This document shows positions 28,831-37,911 of a DNA stretch of 64,000 nt, piece after piece. Every line of letters starts with the position of its first letter. Position 1 is the first letter of the stretch. The notes under the pieces are model-generated. The model ran no database searches, was not told where the DNA came from, and was given only the letters and a program-made list of their open reading frames with translations. Source of the DNA: a virus (lineage: Duplodnaviria; Caudoviricetes); the IMG/VR virus record IMGVR_UViG_3300037424_000485, positions 1-64,000 of that record; one strand, 5' to 3'. Both the position numbers and the translations under genes were made by a program.

Positions 28831-29472
28831 ATGAAATTTAAACAATATATCATAGAAATGGCAATGCCGAGAGCACAGGATATTGCTAAAGTATATTACC
28901 ACGGCACAAGTACCGATAAAGCAGCACAAGGTATCTTGAAAAATGGTATCCAACCGCCTGATCTTGTAAATAAAAAAGGCCAATTAACACCTGTTGAAGG
29001 TAAGACATATCTAACATCTGACTTATCATATGCTACAATGTATGCTGTAGGTGCAGATATGGTTGGTAGTAAACTTCCTGATAGTTTTATTAAAAATGGG
29101 GAAGAATATGCTTATATATTTGTTATTGATGGCAGAGAATTAAGAGACATACAGCCGGATGAAGATGCAGTGGGGGAAATGGTAAGTAAAAAATTACCAT
29201 ATTGGCTTTATAACATGGCAGAGAAGCACCTAACAGAGAACCAAATGAAAAAAGTGCTTTGGGGTGAATATGCATATTGGGCGCAAGCTGGTAAGAAGTT
29301 AAACAAGATAATGACATCGGCCCAAAAGTTAGAGATTATTGATCTAGGTGCAAGCATAGCCAACACTGGCAGTCTAAGAATTAAAGAAGCCTGGAAGCTA
29401 CATAAAAACGATAATATAAAACTTAAAGAAGATGGATCTAATTTCTTTAAAGTTGCTGAGAGAATAAAATGA
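28831..29472 (+). CDS. Capsid-targeted ADP-ribosyltransferase-like protein (H-Y-E class)
   Basis: MKFKQYIIE; YYHGTS, TYLTSDLSYATMYA, QPDED. Confidence 0.65.
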   Translation: MKFKQYIIEMAMPRAQDIAKVYYHGTSTDKAAQGILKNGIQPPDLVNKKGQLTPVEGKTYLTSDLSYATMYAVGADMVGSKLPDSFIKNGEEYAYIFVIDGRELRDIQPDEDAVGEMVSKKLPYWLYNMAEKHLTENQMKKVLWGEYAYWAQAGKKLNKIMTSAQKLEIIDLGASIANTGSLRIKEAWKLHKNDNIKLKEDGSNFFKVAERIK

Positions 29473-29513
29473 AATTTCCTTGACATACCCTGTAAAAATG
29501 TTATAGTAGATAT

Positions 29514-30092
29514 ATGAGAAACGAAATGAATAAAATAATTTATATACATGGTCTTAATAGTTCTACTGAAGCAGATAATGCAAAGGTATTAAAAAAGAAA
29601 TTTGGGGATCTGGTCTATACCCCTAACCTGCCTAACAATCCTGCTAATTGGGAAGAATATTTGAATGACTACTTCATTCAGTTTAAAGACGAAGAGATGA
29701 TAACTATTATCGGCTCATCTACTGGTGGCTTCTTTGCAGATTATTTTGCTGATAAATATGGATATAATAAAGTATTGATTAACCCCTTGGTTGATGTCGA
29801 TGACTTAAAAGTTTTTGTTGGTGAAAACACCAACTTCCATACTGGTGAAAAATGGACTCTTACCATAGAAGATATTCAGAAAATGAAAGAGTTTGTTATA
29901 AATAAAAGAAAGGTTGTTCCCACATATTTGTTCTTGGGTGTTAACGATGATGTTCTAGATTATAGAAAAGCTGAAAAGATTTTTGATGGTCATGCAGAGA
30001 TTGTTAAAAAAGATAATGGTCATATATACAAAATTACCGATGATGATTTAGATATAATCACTAAGTCTTTGTGGGTATCTTGTATTTACTAA
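29514..30092 (+). CDS. YqiA/YcfP-family alpha/beta hydrolase (esterase)
   Basis: IYIHGLNSS, IGSSTGG nucleophile elbow, VLINP, DDVLD, GH; own TTGACA promoter at 29480. Confidence 0.85.
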   Translation: MRNEMNKIIYIHGLNSSTEADNAKVLKKKFGDLVYTPNLPNNPANWEEYLNDYFIQFKDEEMITIIGSSTGGFFADYFADKYGYNKVLINPLVDVDDLKVFVGENTNFHTGEKWTLTIEDIQKMKEFVINKRKVVPTYLFLGVNDDVLDYRKAEKIFDGHAEIVKKDNGHIYKITDDDLDIITKSLWVSCIY

Positions 30093-30102
30093 AGGATGTT
30101 AT

Positions 30103-30653
30103 ATGGATATTAACAAAACGGTAAATAAATATCTAGTAGAGAAGTATATCAATCTCCTATCTAATGATACGGATCTAAAGCAGAGATATAAAGATGATGT
30201 ATATGCATTGCTACAAGATGCATACGCCTCTATTGGTGGTGTTAAAGGTAGTGGATTCTCATCACCTGAAGATATGGTCAGATCAATTCCATTCTGGAAG
30301 TTAGGATTTGTAGATGGGAGATTGGTTGCAGTTGTTATGTATAAGTTTGTAGATGGTGAACGTAAACTAGTTGCTATCGGTGGAACACATGATACAGATG
30401 GTAAAAAAGACTGAAAGAAATTGTAGCTATAGAATTTACCCGATCTTATGCTGAGATAAGCGATCCTCTACTTGGATGGCTGGCAAGAACACATCCAGAA
30501 ATTATTAAAAAATATAGAGTTCCTGTTGAAATAGCAATGAAAATAATTAAAAGAGAGATTCATCCTATTGATTATTATTTCTATTCTCGTAATATAGGTG
30601 GAGATCAACACACCAAAATGCTAATTGGTAAAATACCGCCCGGTTATAAATAA
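30103..30653 (+). pseudogene. Internal-protein-like gene split by a frameshift at the A6 run 30403-30408
   Basis: ORF stops at 30414; the -1 frame continues RLKEIVAIEFTRSYAEISDP...RNIGGDQHTKMLIGK to TAA 30651-30653. Confidence 0.55.
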
Positions 30654-30735
30654 AAATCTGTTTGTATTATAATAAATTGTTTAGAGCTGCTATTGGTATT
30701 GAATATTATATTATTAGTGGAGTATGAAAACAATA

Positions 30736-31587
30736 TTAAGTATCACATGATTTTCTTCTCATATTACAATCTTTTCTTTTATGTATTTCTTTATGACACT
30801 CTTTACATAATGTAATACATATATCCATATCTGCTGATTCTATTGGATTGATCTCTATACCTTCTGTGTGATGACAGTGTAGTGGCGATTGTTCTTTTGT
30901 TTTATGACACATTTGACATGTCCAATTATCTCTCTCAAGTACAAGCTTTCTTAAAACAGGTTGTACTTCCCTTGAGGTGTTAATTTTATGACCTTTGGGG
31001 TATGCTTTTTGACCAAAAGTTCCGCATGATTTCTTACAGCCTGTAGAACAATATAGATTATTACCACCACCGGCTTTCCCAACAACAACACTTATTCTTG
31101 ATGTAACATCAATATTAGTAGGTTTAAAGTAATCACCACAGTATTTACACCTAACTTCAAGGGACGCGCCATCATCTGCCAATCTAGGATCTTCTTCTGT
31201 TGTTAGTTGGTCTTTATATGTCATATAAGATGCATAATCTTTTCTATATTTTCTCTTATATTCCCTTGTTTTATCAATATTCTTTTCGTAATTTTTATGG
31301 TAATAATCTTTCATATATTTGCTGATCTTTTCTGCATTATCTTGTCTATATTTTCTCTTATACTCTCTTAATCTATCAATATTTAATCCTATATATTTAC
31401 TATTTTTCTTTATGATATATTCCTTATTGTTGATATAATATTGATTTTTATATTCTTTAGTACATGAGCTACACCATATGTTATGCCCATCTTTAGATGA
31501 TTTTTTTTTGTTAAATTCGCCAATAGATTTTATTTCTTTACATTTACTACATTGTTTTGTGTTTGGGGTATAAATACTATTAGACAT
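30736..31587 (-). CDS. HNH homing endonuclease (family copy 2)
   Basis: CSKCKEIK zinc ribbon; RLADDGASLEVRCKYC; shared C-terminal HNH. Confidence 0.88.
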   Translation of the reverse strand: MSNSIYTPNTKQCSKCKEIKSIGEFNKKKSSKDGHNIWCSSCTKEYKNQYYINNKEYIIKKNSKYIGLNIDRLREYKRKYRQDNAEKISKYMKDYYHKNYEKNIDKTREYKRKYRKDYASYMTYKDQLTTEEDPRLADDGASLEVRCKYCGDYFKPTNIDVTSRISVVVGKAGGGNNLYCSTGCKKSCGTFGQKAYPKGHKINTSREVQPVLRKLVLERDNWTCQMCHKTKEQSPLHCHHTEGIEINPIESADMDICITLCKECHKEIHKRKDCNMRRKSCDT

Positions 31588-31677
31588 GACTTAATCCTTT
31601 AAAGTAGTCTGTTGTTTAGAAACCTACCAATTACTCTAATAATTGGTAGGTTTTGTTTTTGTCTAAATATATTTATA
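31569..31677. promoter_or_regulatory. HNH leader cassette: sense late promoter, 14-bp hairpin, antisense late promoter
   Basis: TATTTATA 31670-31677, stem 31620-31653, plus-strand TATAAATA 31569-31576. Confidence 0.65.
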
Positions 31678-31681
31678 AAAG

Positions 31682-31710
31682 TTGACAAAAAAACAATAAT
31701 ATATTATTAT
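31682..31710 (+). promoter_or_regulatory. Sigma70-type promoter TTGACA-17-TATTAT
   Basis: Direct match upstream of 31738. Confidence 0.7.
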
Positions 31711-31737
31711 TAAAATAATATTTCAATAGGAGATCAA

Positions 31738-32778
31738 ATGAATAACAAAATAACTAACCAAAGACATCTAAATAATTTAAACGAAATCGTAAATTTTCTA
31801 AATACTAATAGTATATCATTCAGACAGGATGATGTCAATGAGAGAATTTTCTATCTAAAAGATGGTGAGCTTGAATTAAGATATGTAGATACAGAAAATC
31901 ATAAAATGGACTATACCAAAAGATTTGGTATTGTTGGTATCCCACACAACTATTTTATCGATATTACACTAGCCAATAGAGAAAAGGGTATTAGGACTAT
32001 TTGGATAAAAGACTGGGAGGTCGAAGAGACTAAAACAATTACTGATATCAACGGGAATGAAGTAAAAGATTATAGACGAAAATGGAATGTGTTACAATCT
32101 TATATAAAAACATCTGTAGGTCAGATTGAACATAGAATATATGCTAGAGATTGTGAGATTAGAGAGGTTCCTAATAAAGAACTAAGACCTTTTTTAGTGA
32201 CAAATTGTTTTTATGGATATCGCAGTGCAACAAAAAATCTAGGGCTGTATCTGAAGAAAGATAAGAACGGTATTGAGAAAGGAACATTAATGATGGTCTA
32301 TACATTCGGACATCCTTTCTATGGAAAAAATCTATATGATGTTGAGGTTATTAGGGTAGGTACTAAATTATTTTGTCAAGTAATAGGTGGTGCAAGTAAA
32401 TTGCTGAAGCACTTCTTGGTTAATAATCCGACAATAACATATAATAAAAAAGAAAGAGATGTCAATGATATTGTTTTTATAGTTGATGCTGATCATAATG
32501 ATGGCGGCTCTTTAGTTACATTAGGATTTGAATTTGTGAGCCATAAAGGAGCTGGATTTATGAATGTAAACATGACTACCGGAGAGGTTTTTCACCGGAA
32601 ACCTATGCAACACAAACAAATTATGGAAAAAATGGCAAAAGGTGAGATATATAGTGTTGCGAATGCTGGTAGTATTATATATAAATTGGATAGAAAATCA
32701 TATATGTTAGAGCACAATATTGAAGAAGTCGAAAAACCAGTAAAAGCAGATTGTTTTGATAAATGGTTTGGTACATGA
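31738..32778 (+). CDS. Hef-like protein with degenerate Vsr-like N-domain and Mom-like GNAT C-domain
   Basis: RIYARDCEIREV...LGLY...EVIRVGTK...VIGGASKLLKHF...VDADHNDG..LVTLGF. Confidence 0.6.
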   Translation: MNNKITNQRHLNNLNEIVNFLNTNSISFRQDDVNERIFYLKDGELELRYVDTENHKMDYTKRFGIVGIPHNYFIDITLANREKGIRTIWIKDWEVEETKTITDINGNEVKDYRRKWNVLQSYIKTSVGQIEHRIYARDCEIREVPNKELRPFLVTNCFYGYRSATKNLGLYLKKDKNGIEKGTLMMVYTFGHPFYGKNLYDVEVIRVGTKLFCQVIGGASKLLKHFLVNNPTITYNKKERDVNDIVFIVDADHNDGGSLVTLGFEFVSHKGAGFMNVNMTTGEVFHRKPMQHKQIMEKMAKGEIYSVANAGSIIYKLDRKSYMLEHNIEEVEKPVKADCFDKWFGT

Positions 32779-33650
32779 TAGAAAAGACTAAAATTTTTAA
32801 TAAACAATGTACCAAATGTAAAGAAATTAAGGATGTTGGTGAATTCTATAAAAAGAAAAATGGTTATTATGACTCTTGGTGTGATGTATGTAGAAAACAA
32901 AAAAGAAATTATATAGAACTAAATACACTAGGTAGTAAACAATGCCAAATATGTAAAGAATTTAAGGATATTAAAGAGTATGGAAGAGCGAACACATGTA
33001 AAGATGGTTATAGAAATATTTGTAAAGAATGTATAGGTTTATATAAAAAACAATATCATATCAGAAATAAAAAACAGATACATGAAAAAAAGAAACAGTA
33101 TAGTATAGATAACAAGAAAAGATTATCAAAGTATAAAAAGTTATACTACTCTTCTCATGCTTCATACGAAACATATGCTCATCAATTAACAATAGATGAA
33201 GAGCCTAGATTAGCTGATGATGGCGTGTCACTTGAAGTTAGATGCAAATATTGTGGTAAATATTTTAAACCTAAAAATTTACAAATAATACATCGAATTA
33301 ATAGTATTGACGGGAAGGGAGAGGGAGAAAACAATTTATATTGTTCAGATAATTGCAAAAATTCATGTTCTATATACAATAGAAGTAAATACCCTAAAGG
33401 TTTCAAACCAGATACATCAAGAGAAGTACAACCGGCTTTAAGAAAGCTTGTATTGGAAAGAGATAATTGGACATGTCAGAAATGTGGTAATTCTACCGAT
33501 GATTACCCACTACACTGTCATCACTTTGAAGGTATTGAGATCAATCCTGTTGAGAGTGCTGATGTTGATAATTGTGTTACACTATGCAAAAAATGCCATA
33601 AAGCAGTACATAAACAAGATGGATGTAATATGAAAAGGGAAAGATGTTAG
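32775..33650 (+). CDS. HNH homing endonuclease (family copy 3)
   Basis: Two CxxC ribbons, EEPRLADDGVSLEVRCKYC, shared HNH. Confidence 0.88.
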   Translation: MIEKTKIFNKQCTKCKEIKDVGEFYKKKNGYYDSWCDVCRKQKRNYIELNTLGSKQCQICKEFKDIKEYGRANTCKDGYRNICKECIGLYKKQYHIRNKKQIHEKKKQYSIDNKKRLSKYKKLYYSSHASYETYAHQLTIDEEPRLADDGVSLEVRCKYCGKYFKPKNLQIIHRINSIDGKGEGENNLYCSDNCKNSCSIYNRSKYPKGFKPDTSREVQPALRKLVLERDNWTCQKCGNSTDDYPLHCHHFEGIEINPVESADVDNCVTLCKKCHKAVHKQDGCNMKRERC

Positions 33651-33688
33651 ATTTTCTTAACTATATATACAAATAAGGATCTAGTACA

Positions 33689-34195
33689 ATGCAATATTCA
33701 TTCGACAACAAAAATTTTCACAACACACCATATGATGCTTTTTTATCTCACAAAAGTTATATTATTTATTGTAGTAATGGCGAACAATATAATATTAATT
33801 ATTTTTTAAGAGACTTTGCTAGATGGTGCGCCTTACAAGTCTTACACTTATGGGATGCTCCCGATATTGTTGTTGAATATCTTAAAACAGGTAATGAAGA
33901 TTTAAGAAAAAAAGCTAAACACGATGCTTTAGCAGTTGCTAATGCTGCTGCTTATGCTGCTTATGCTGCTAATGATGCTGCTAATGCTGATGCTTATGCT
34001 GCTTATGCTGCTAATGCTGCTGCTTATGCTGCTTATGCTGCTAATGATGCTGCTAATGCTGCTGCTTATGCTGCTTATGCTGCTAATGATGCTGCTAATG
34101 CTGCTAATGATGTTAAAGAAAAACAAAGAAATAAATTTAACGAATTTATTAATAATATAATTGACTATATTCCAAAAGAGCTGTTTGAAATGTGA
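33689..34195 (+). CDS. Protein with Ala-rich AAYAAYAAN repeats and PEELF-type tail
   Basis: RDFARWCALQVLHLW; low-complexity 33929-34110; ends YIPKELFEM. Confidence 0.6.
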   Translation: MQYSFDNKNFHNTPYDAFLSHKSYIIYCSNGEQYNINYFLRDFARWCALQVLHLWDAPDIVVEYLKTGNEDLRKKAKHDALAVANAAAYAAYAANDAANADAYAAYAANAAAYAAYAANDAANAAAYAAYAANDAANAANDVKEKQRNKFNEFINNIIDYIPKELFEM

Positions 34196-34202
34196 TATTT
34201 TC

Positions 34203-34231
34203 TTGACTAGATCCTGGAAAAGTTTTATAAT
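34203..34231 (+). promoter_or_regulatory. Sigma70-type promoter TTGACT-17-TATAAT
   Basis: Direct match upstream of cca. Confidence 0.75.
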
Positions 34232-34267
34232 ATATTAAAGATTAATTCAAACAAATAGGTATAGTAA

Positions 34268-35716
34268 ATGAAATTTATACAGTATATAAATGAATCCTCA
34301 GATGTAGATATCAAGAAAAGATGGGCTGATTATATCAAATCTGATCTCATGATTAAGAATGGTGTGGATATCCTTAGAAAAATTAACTCTAAAGGATATG
34401 ATGCTTTTATTGTTGGCGGTGCTGTTCGTGATCTCATCCTTGGTGATAAACCTCATGATATAGATATATCTACCAATTGTCCTATGGATGTTCTTGAGAA
34501 GATGTTCAAGACATATGATATCGGCAAATCCAAAACATTTGGTATTGTTGCTGTTAATCAAGGCGGTAATACTTATGAGATAGCTCAATTTAGAAATGAG
34601 AGTGATTATTCAAACGGTAGACACCCTGATACTATCAAAATAGTTAAAGATTTTAAATCAGATGCTGCACGTAGGGATTTAACCATCAATGCAATGGCTG
34701 TAGATGCTGATGGTAATATTATAGATCATTTCAACGGTAAGAGAGCTGTTTTCGATAAGGTAATCAAAACTGTTGGTAATCCTAATGATAGATTCCAAGA
34801 AGACCACCTCAGAATGATGAGGGCTGTACGTTTTTCTGGCAAGTTGGGGTTTGACATTGATGTTGAAACTAAAGATTCTATCAAGAAAAACAAAGACCTT
34901 ATCAAGAACATCTCTATTGAGAGAGTTAAAGATGAGCTTATTAAGATGGCATCCCAAGAAGGTAATAAATTTGCAGATAGCATTTTGATGTTGGATGAAG
35001 TTGGCATTCTTGATATCATCCTTCCAGAGATTACTAAATTAAAGCAGTTCAAAGAGACTGAGAGGCACCATCCTGAAGCATATGAGAATGGGGGAGGTAC
35101 TGTATTCGATCATACCATTGCAGCTCTTAGAATGAATAAATTGATAGATCCTCTTGTTAATTTGGGTGTGTTGTTTCATGACATTGGCAAGCAATCTACA
35201 TATAAATGGGATTCTGATAAAGATTCTCATTCTTACCATGGACATGCTAAAGAGGGTAAAGACCTTATTGATATTATAGCTAAGAGGCTGAAGTTATCAA
35301 ATAAAGAGTATGATTCTATCTTGTTTTCTATGGTAAATCACATGAGTCTGTTTAATGGCATTGATATGAAGCCATCGAAAATTATAAAACTGGTTAAAGA
35401 TGAAAACTGGAATATCTTAGTTCAAGTAAGTTACTGTGATGACAGTTGCAGGACTAACCTTTTTGACAAAAAAACATTTGACAGCACCATTGATAATATG
35501 ATTTCTATTGCTAATAAATGGGGTGATAAGATCTCTGGGACTACTGTTAAAGTTATCGATGGTAAACAGGTTATGAAATTAACTGGTATAAAACAAGGGA
35601 AACAGATTGGAGAAATAATCAGTACGGTTACTGATATTGTTCTCAGAAATGGTATTAAAAATCAAAAAGATATAAATACACTTATAATGAAAGTCTTTAA
35701 TGACATGGAGAAATAA
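34268..35716 (+). CDS. cca: CCA tRNA nucleotidyltransferase with HD domain and capsid-targeting-like N-terminus
   Basis: VGGAVRDL..DIDI, ARRDLTINAMA, EDHLRMMRAVRF, DHT...FHDIGK; starts MKFIQYINE. Confidence 0.9.
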   Translation: MKFIQYINESSDVDIKKRWADYIKSDLMIKNGVDILRKINSKGYDAFIVGGAVRDLILGDKPHDIDISTNCPMDVLEKMFKTYDIGKSKTFGIVAVNQGGNTYEIAQFRNESDYSNGRHPDTIKIVKDFKSDAARRDLTINAMAVDADGNIIDHFNGKRAVFDKVIKTVGNPNDRFQEDHLRMMRAVRFSGKLGFDIDVETKDSIKKNKDLIKNISIERVKDELIKMASQEGNKFADSILMLDEVGILDIILPEITKLKQFKETERHHPEAYENGGGTVFDHTIAALRMNKLIDPLVNLGVLFHDIGKQSTYKWDSDKDSHSYHGHAKEGKDLIDIIAKRLKLSNKEYDSILFSMVNHMSLFNGIDMKPSKIIKLVKDENWNILVQVSYCDDSCRTNLFDKKTFDSTIDNMISIANKWGDKISGTTVKVIDGKQVMKLTGIKQGKQIGEIISTVTDIVLRNGIKNQKDINTLIMKVFNDMEK

Positions 35717-35717
35717 A

Positions 35718-36092
35718 ATGAAAGATTTAGTAGATAAATATTTGGTTAGTGAGGCCGCTGCTGATAAAGCAGCTGCAAAAGAGTTAGAACTGTATATTTC
35801 TAATGATAGTACACTTTACAGACAACAAACAGTTACTATTCAGAAGAACCTTATGACTAAGAAAGCACAAGGTAAATATGATTCTGAGATGTCTGTGAAG
35901 CTATGGATGTACTTGATGGATGCTGGTGCAAAGAAGTATGCAAAAGACCATGCAAATCCTAACGACTGGAATACCATCTTTACAAAAGAAACTCGTATCG
36001 AAGCAGCAAAAATGTTTAGAGATGAGTTTGAGGAAAATGCAGAAAATGGTGAATATGATAAATATATTCCTAAAAAGTATCAAAATAAATAA
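35718..36092 (+). CDS. Hypothetical protein, variant targeting motif MKDLVDKYLVSE
   Basis: GGAG RBS before 35718. Confidence 0.55.
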   Translation: MKDLVDKYLVSEAAADKAAAKELELYISNDSTLYRQQTVTIQKNLMTKKAQGKYDSEMSVKLWMYLMDAGAKKYAKDHANPNDWNTIFTKETRIEAAKMFRDEFEENAENGEYDKYIPKKYQNK

Positions 36093-36105
36093 CACATAAA
36101 GCCAA

Positions 36106-36149
36106 ATTATAAACCCTTTTATTATAAATAAGTATAAAGGGTTTATAAT
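36106..36149. promoter_or_regulatory. 14-bp hairpin whose loop contains a late promoter (36123-36130)
   Basis: ATTATAAACCCTTT/AAAGGGTTTATAAT with TATAAATA in the loop. Confidence 0.5.
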
Positions 36150-36173
36150 TTAACAAAAAGGAATATAGCTACT

Positions 36174-36356
36174 ATGAAACTAAAGAATTTTATATCAGAG
36201 GCACAATTCCGTAAGGGTCAGAATGTAACTATTATCGATACTGGTGAGGCCGGATGTATAGTAAAGATTGGTTCAAATACCCAAATGGTTCAATTCTCTG
36301 ATGGTTCTACTAGACCTTTCGGAAATCATGAGCTTAAAGATCGTATGGTAAGCTAA
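36174..36356 (+). CDS. Small capsid-targeted SH3-like protein
   Basis: MKLKNFISE; FRKGQNV. Confidence 0.55.
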   Translation: MKLKNFISEAQFRKGQNVTIIDTGEAGCIVKIGSNTQMVQFSDGSTRPFGNHELKDRMVS

Positions 36357-36490
36357 AAGAAATGATATATAATTAAATGCTGGCAGTAGCAAGATATCAA
36401 AAGATGCTGTTAAATCAGGAAGTCTTAAAGGCTATGAAAATACTGTAAAAGGCATCATAGATTACTACTATAAATATCTGGATAAATAAT

Positions 36491-36805
36491 ATGAGTTCAC
36501 TAGACAAGATAACATCTATACTGGAAGAAATAGACCTTATACACTCAAGACTTAATGAAAGTATATCTCCAAAAGAAAAACGAGAAATTAATGATATAAT
36601 CAATAAGAAGAAAAATGGAGATTTTATATTCAATAGTATAGATGTACATGTGAAGTCTAGCAGCAATGATGTAGTTTTATCATATAGCAGTGATGGAAAG
36701 ACGGATGATCTAACACTATCCCTTACTGATATAGCAGATGCACGTGGTCTTGAGTTTAAATTCACCACTAGTGGTAAGACCAATAATTTTAAAATACTAA
36801 CATAA
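36491..36805 (+). CDS. Hypothetical protein
   Basis: Late promoter TATAAATA 36469-36476 upstream. Confidence 0.5.
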   Translation: MSSLDKITSILEEIDLIHSRLNESISPKEKREINDIINKKKNGDFIFNSIDVHVKSSSNDVVLSYSSDGKTDDLTLSLTDIADARGLEFKFTTSGKTNNFKILT

Positions 36806-36810
36806 TAAAC

Positions 36811-37590
36811 ATGATTCCAAAAAGTAGATTAACTATACGAAAGATTATGCCAGAATTGGTTAAGATCCTAGACCAATATAATTGGGATGTGGATGATGCT
36901 AAATTTGCTATGATTCTGTCAATGGTTTTATATCCTGCGGATAATGTAAGATTTACACCAAAAGAAAGCGAACACTCTATTGAAATATATGTCAGTGGTA
37001 TTGTACAAACCTTCTTGAATAACTCCATAAGCCAGCAAAAAGATCAAATAATAAATAATCTCTTGGATGAGAAAAAGAACCCATTATATGTTGCTCTTGG
37101 AGTAATCCTTGACAAAGCATTTGAATGGCGTAAATATCTAGAGAAACTTAACATTCAAAGACCTATGCTTTTTGATACTGATCATACAATTCAATTTCAA
37201 TTAGATATGAATATTGATGATTATATCGAAATGGCTGTAAATGAGACACTAGAATACGATTACACGGACATTTACGATATATATGGTGTCTTCCTACCTA
37301 AAATGGAAAAAACCGTTAGAAGTGAAGTAGGTGACGTTATTGAGGGCAGTGATTTTGATCAAGCACCAGAGCCTGAAAAAAAGAATAATGAGAAGCCAGA
37401 GTCAGAGAATTTTGATTATATCCAATGGAAGACAGATCGTAAGAAATCAAGAGAGCAGGAAGACAAGTTAAAAGTACATGATGACTTAAATCCTGGTGAG
37501 GATATAGTACCTGAAAATCCAGACCAGGAATCTAAAGTAGAAACCCCACCAAATAAAGCTAAGAAAAGAAAACTAAAAAAGAAGAAATAA
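36811..37590 (+). CDS. Hypothetical protein with acidic/basic C-terminus
   Basis: 259-aa co-oriented ORF. Confidence 0.55.
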   Translation: MIPKSRLTIRKIMPELVKILDQYNWDVDDAKFAMILSMVLYPADNVRFTPKESEHSIEIYVSGIVQTFLNNSISQQKDQIINNLLDEKKNPLYVALGVILDKAFEWRKYLEKLNIQRPMLFDTDHTIQFQLDMNIDDYIEMAVNETLEYDYTDIYDIYGVFLPKMEKTVRSEVGDVIEGSDFDQAPEPEKKNNEKPESENFDYIQWKTDRKKSREQEDKLKVHDDLNPGEDIVPENPDQESKVETPPNKAKKRKLKKKK

Positions 37591-37901
37591 TGAAAGATTT
37601 AGTAGAAAAATATTTAAATAGTGTAGATATAAATGAAGCAAGGACAAATCCAGATGACTATCTTAAAAACTTTATAGTTATTGGAAAGCAAGTTTTTCTA
37701 GCTATAGATGTTATTACAGCTGAAAATAATGGATGGAGAGCAGAAGTTGGTATATCACAGAGTGGTATGGTTATTGAAGATCCAAAATATACTTTTAAAT
37801 CTAGTTGGTTTAGCACTTTTGAACAAGCAGAGAAGGCGGCCTTGGGAATGGCAAAAGATATGAAAGTAAATTGGAATCCAAAACCATATGGTAGACGGTA
37901 A
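37590..37901 (+). CDS. Hypothetical protein, variant motif MKDLVEKYL
   Basis: TAATG coupling; N-terminus like 35718. Confidence 0.5.
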   Translation: MKDLVEKYLNSVDINEARTNPDDYLKNFIVIGKQVFLAIDVITAENNGWRAEVGISQSGMVIEDPKYTFKSSWFSTFEQAEKAALGMAKDMKVNWNPKPYGRR

Positions 37902-37911
37902 GTAAAAAATA

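Noticed and set aside
30400-30414. Programmed -1 frameshift on A-AAA-AAG
   Set aside because: The heptamer is not in the translated zero frame (GGT AAA AAA GAC); treated as an indel
33929-34160. Possible CRISPR-like or novel overlapping ORFs in the repeat tract (33929..34126, 33936..34160)
   Set aside because: Trinucleotide-periodic coding repeat without unique spacers; extra frames are open only because of the repeat
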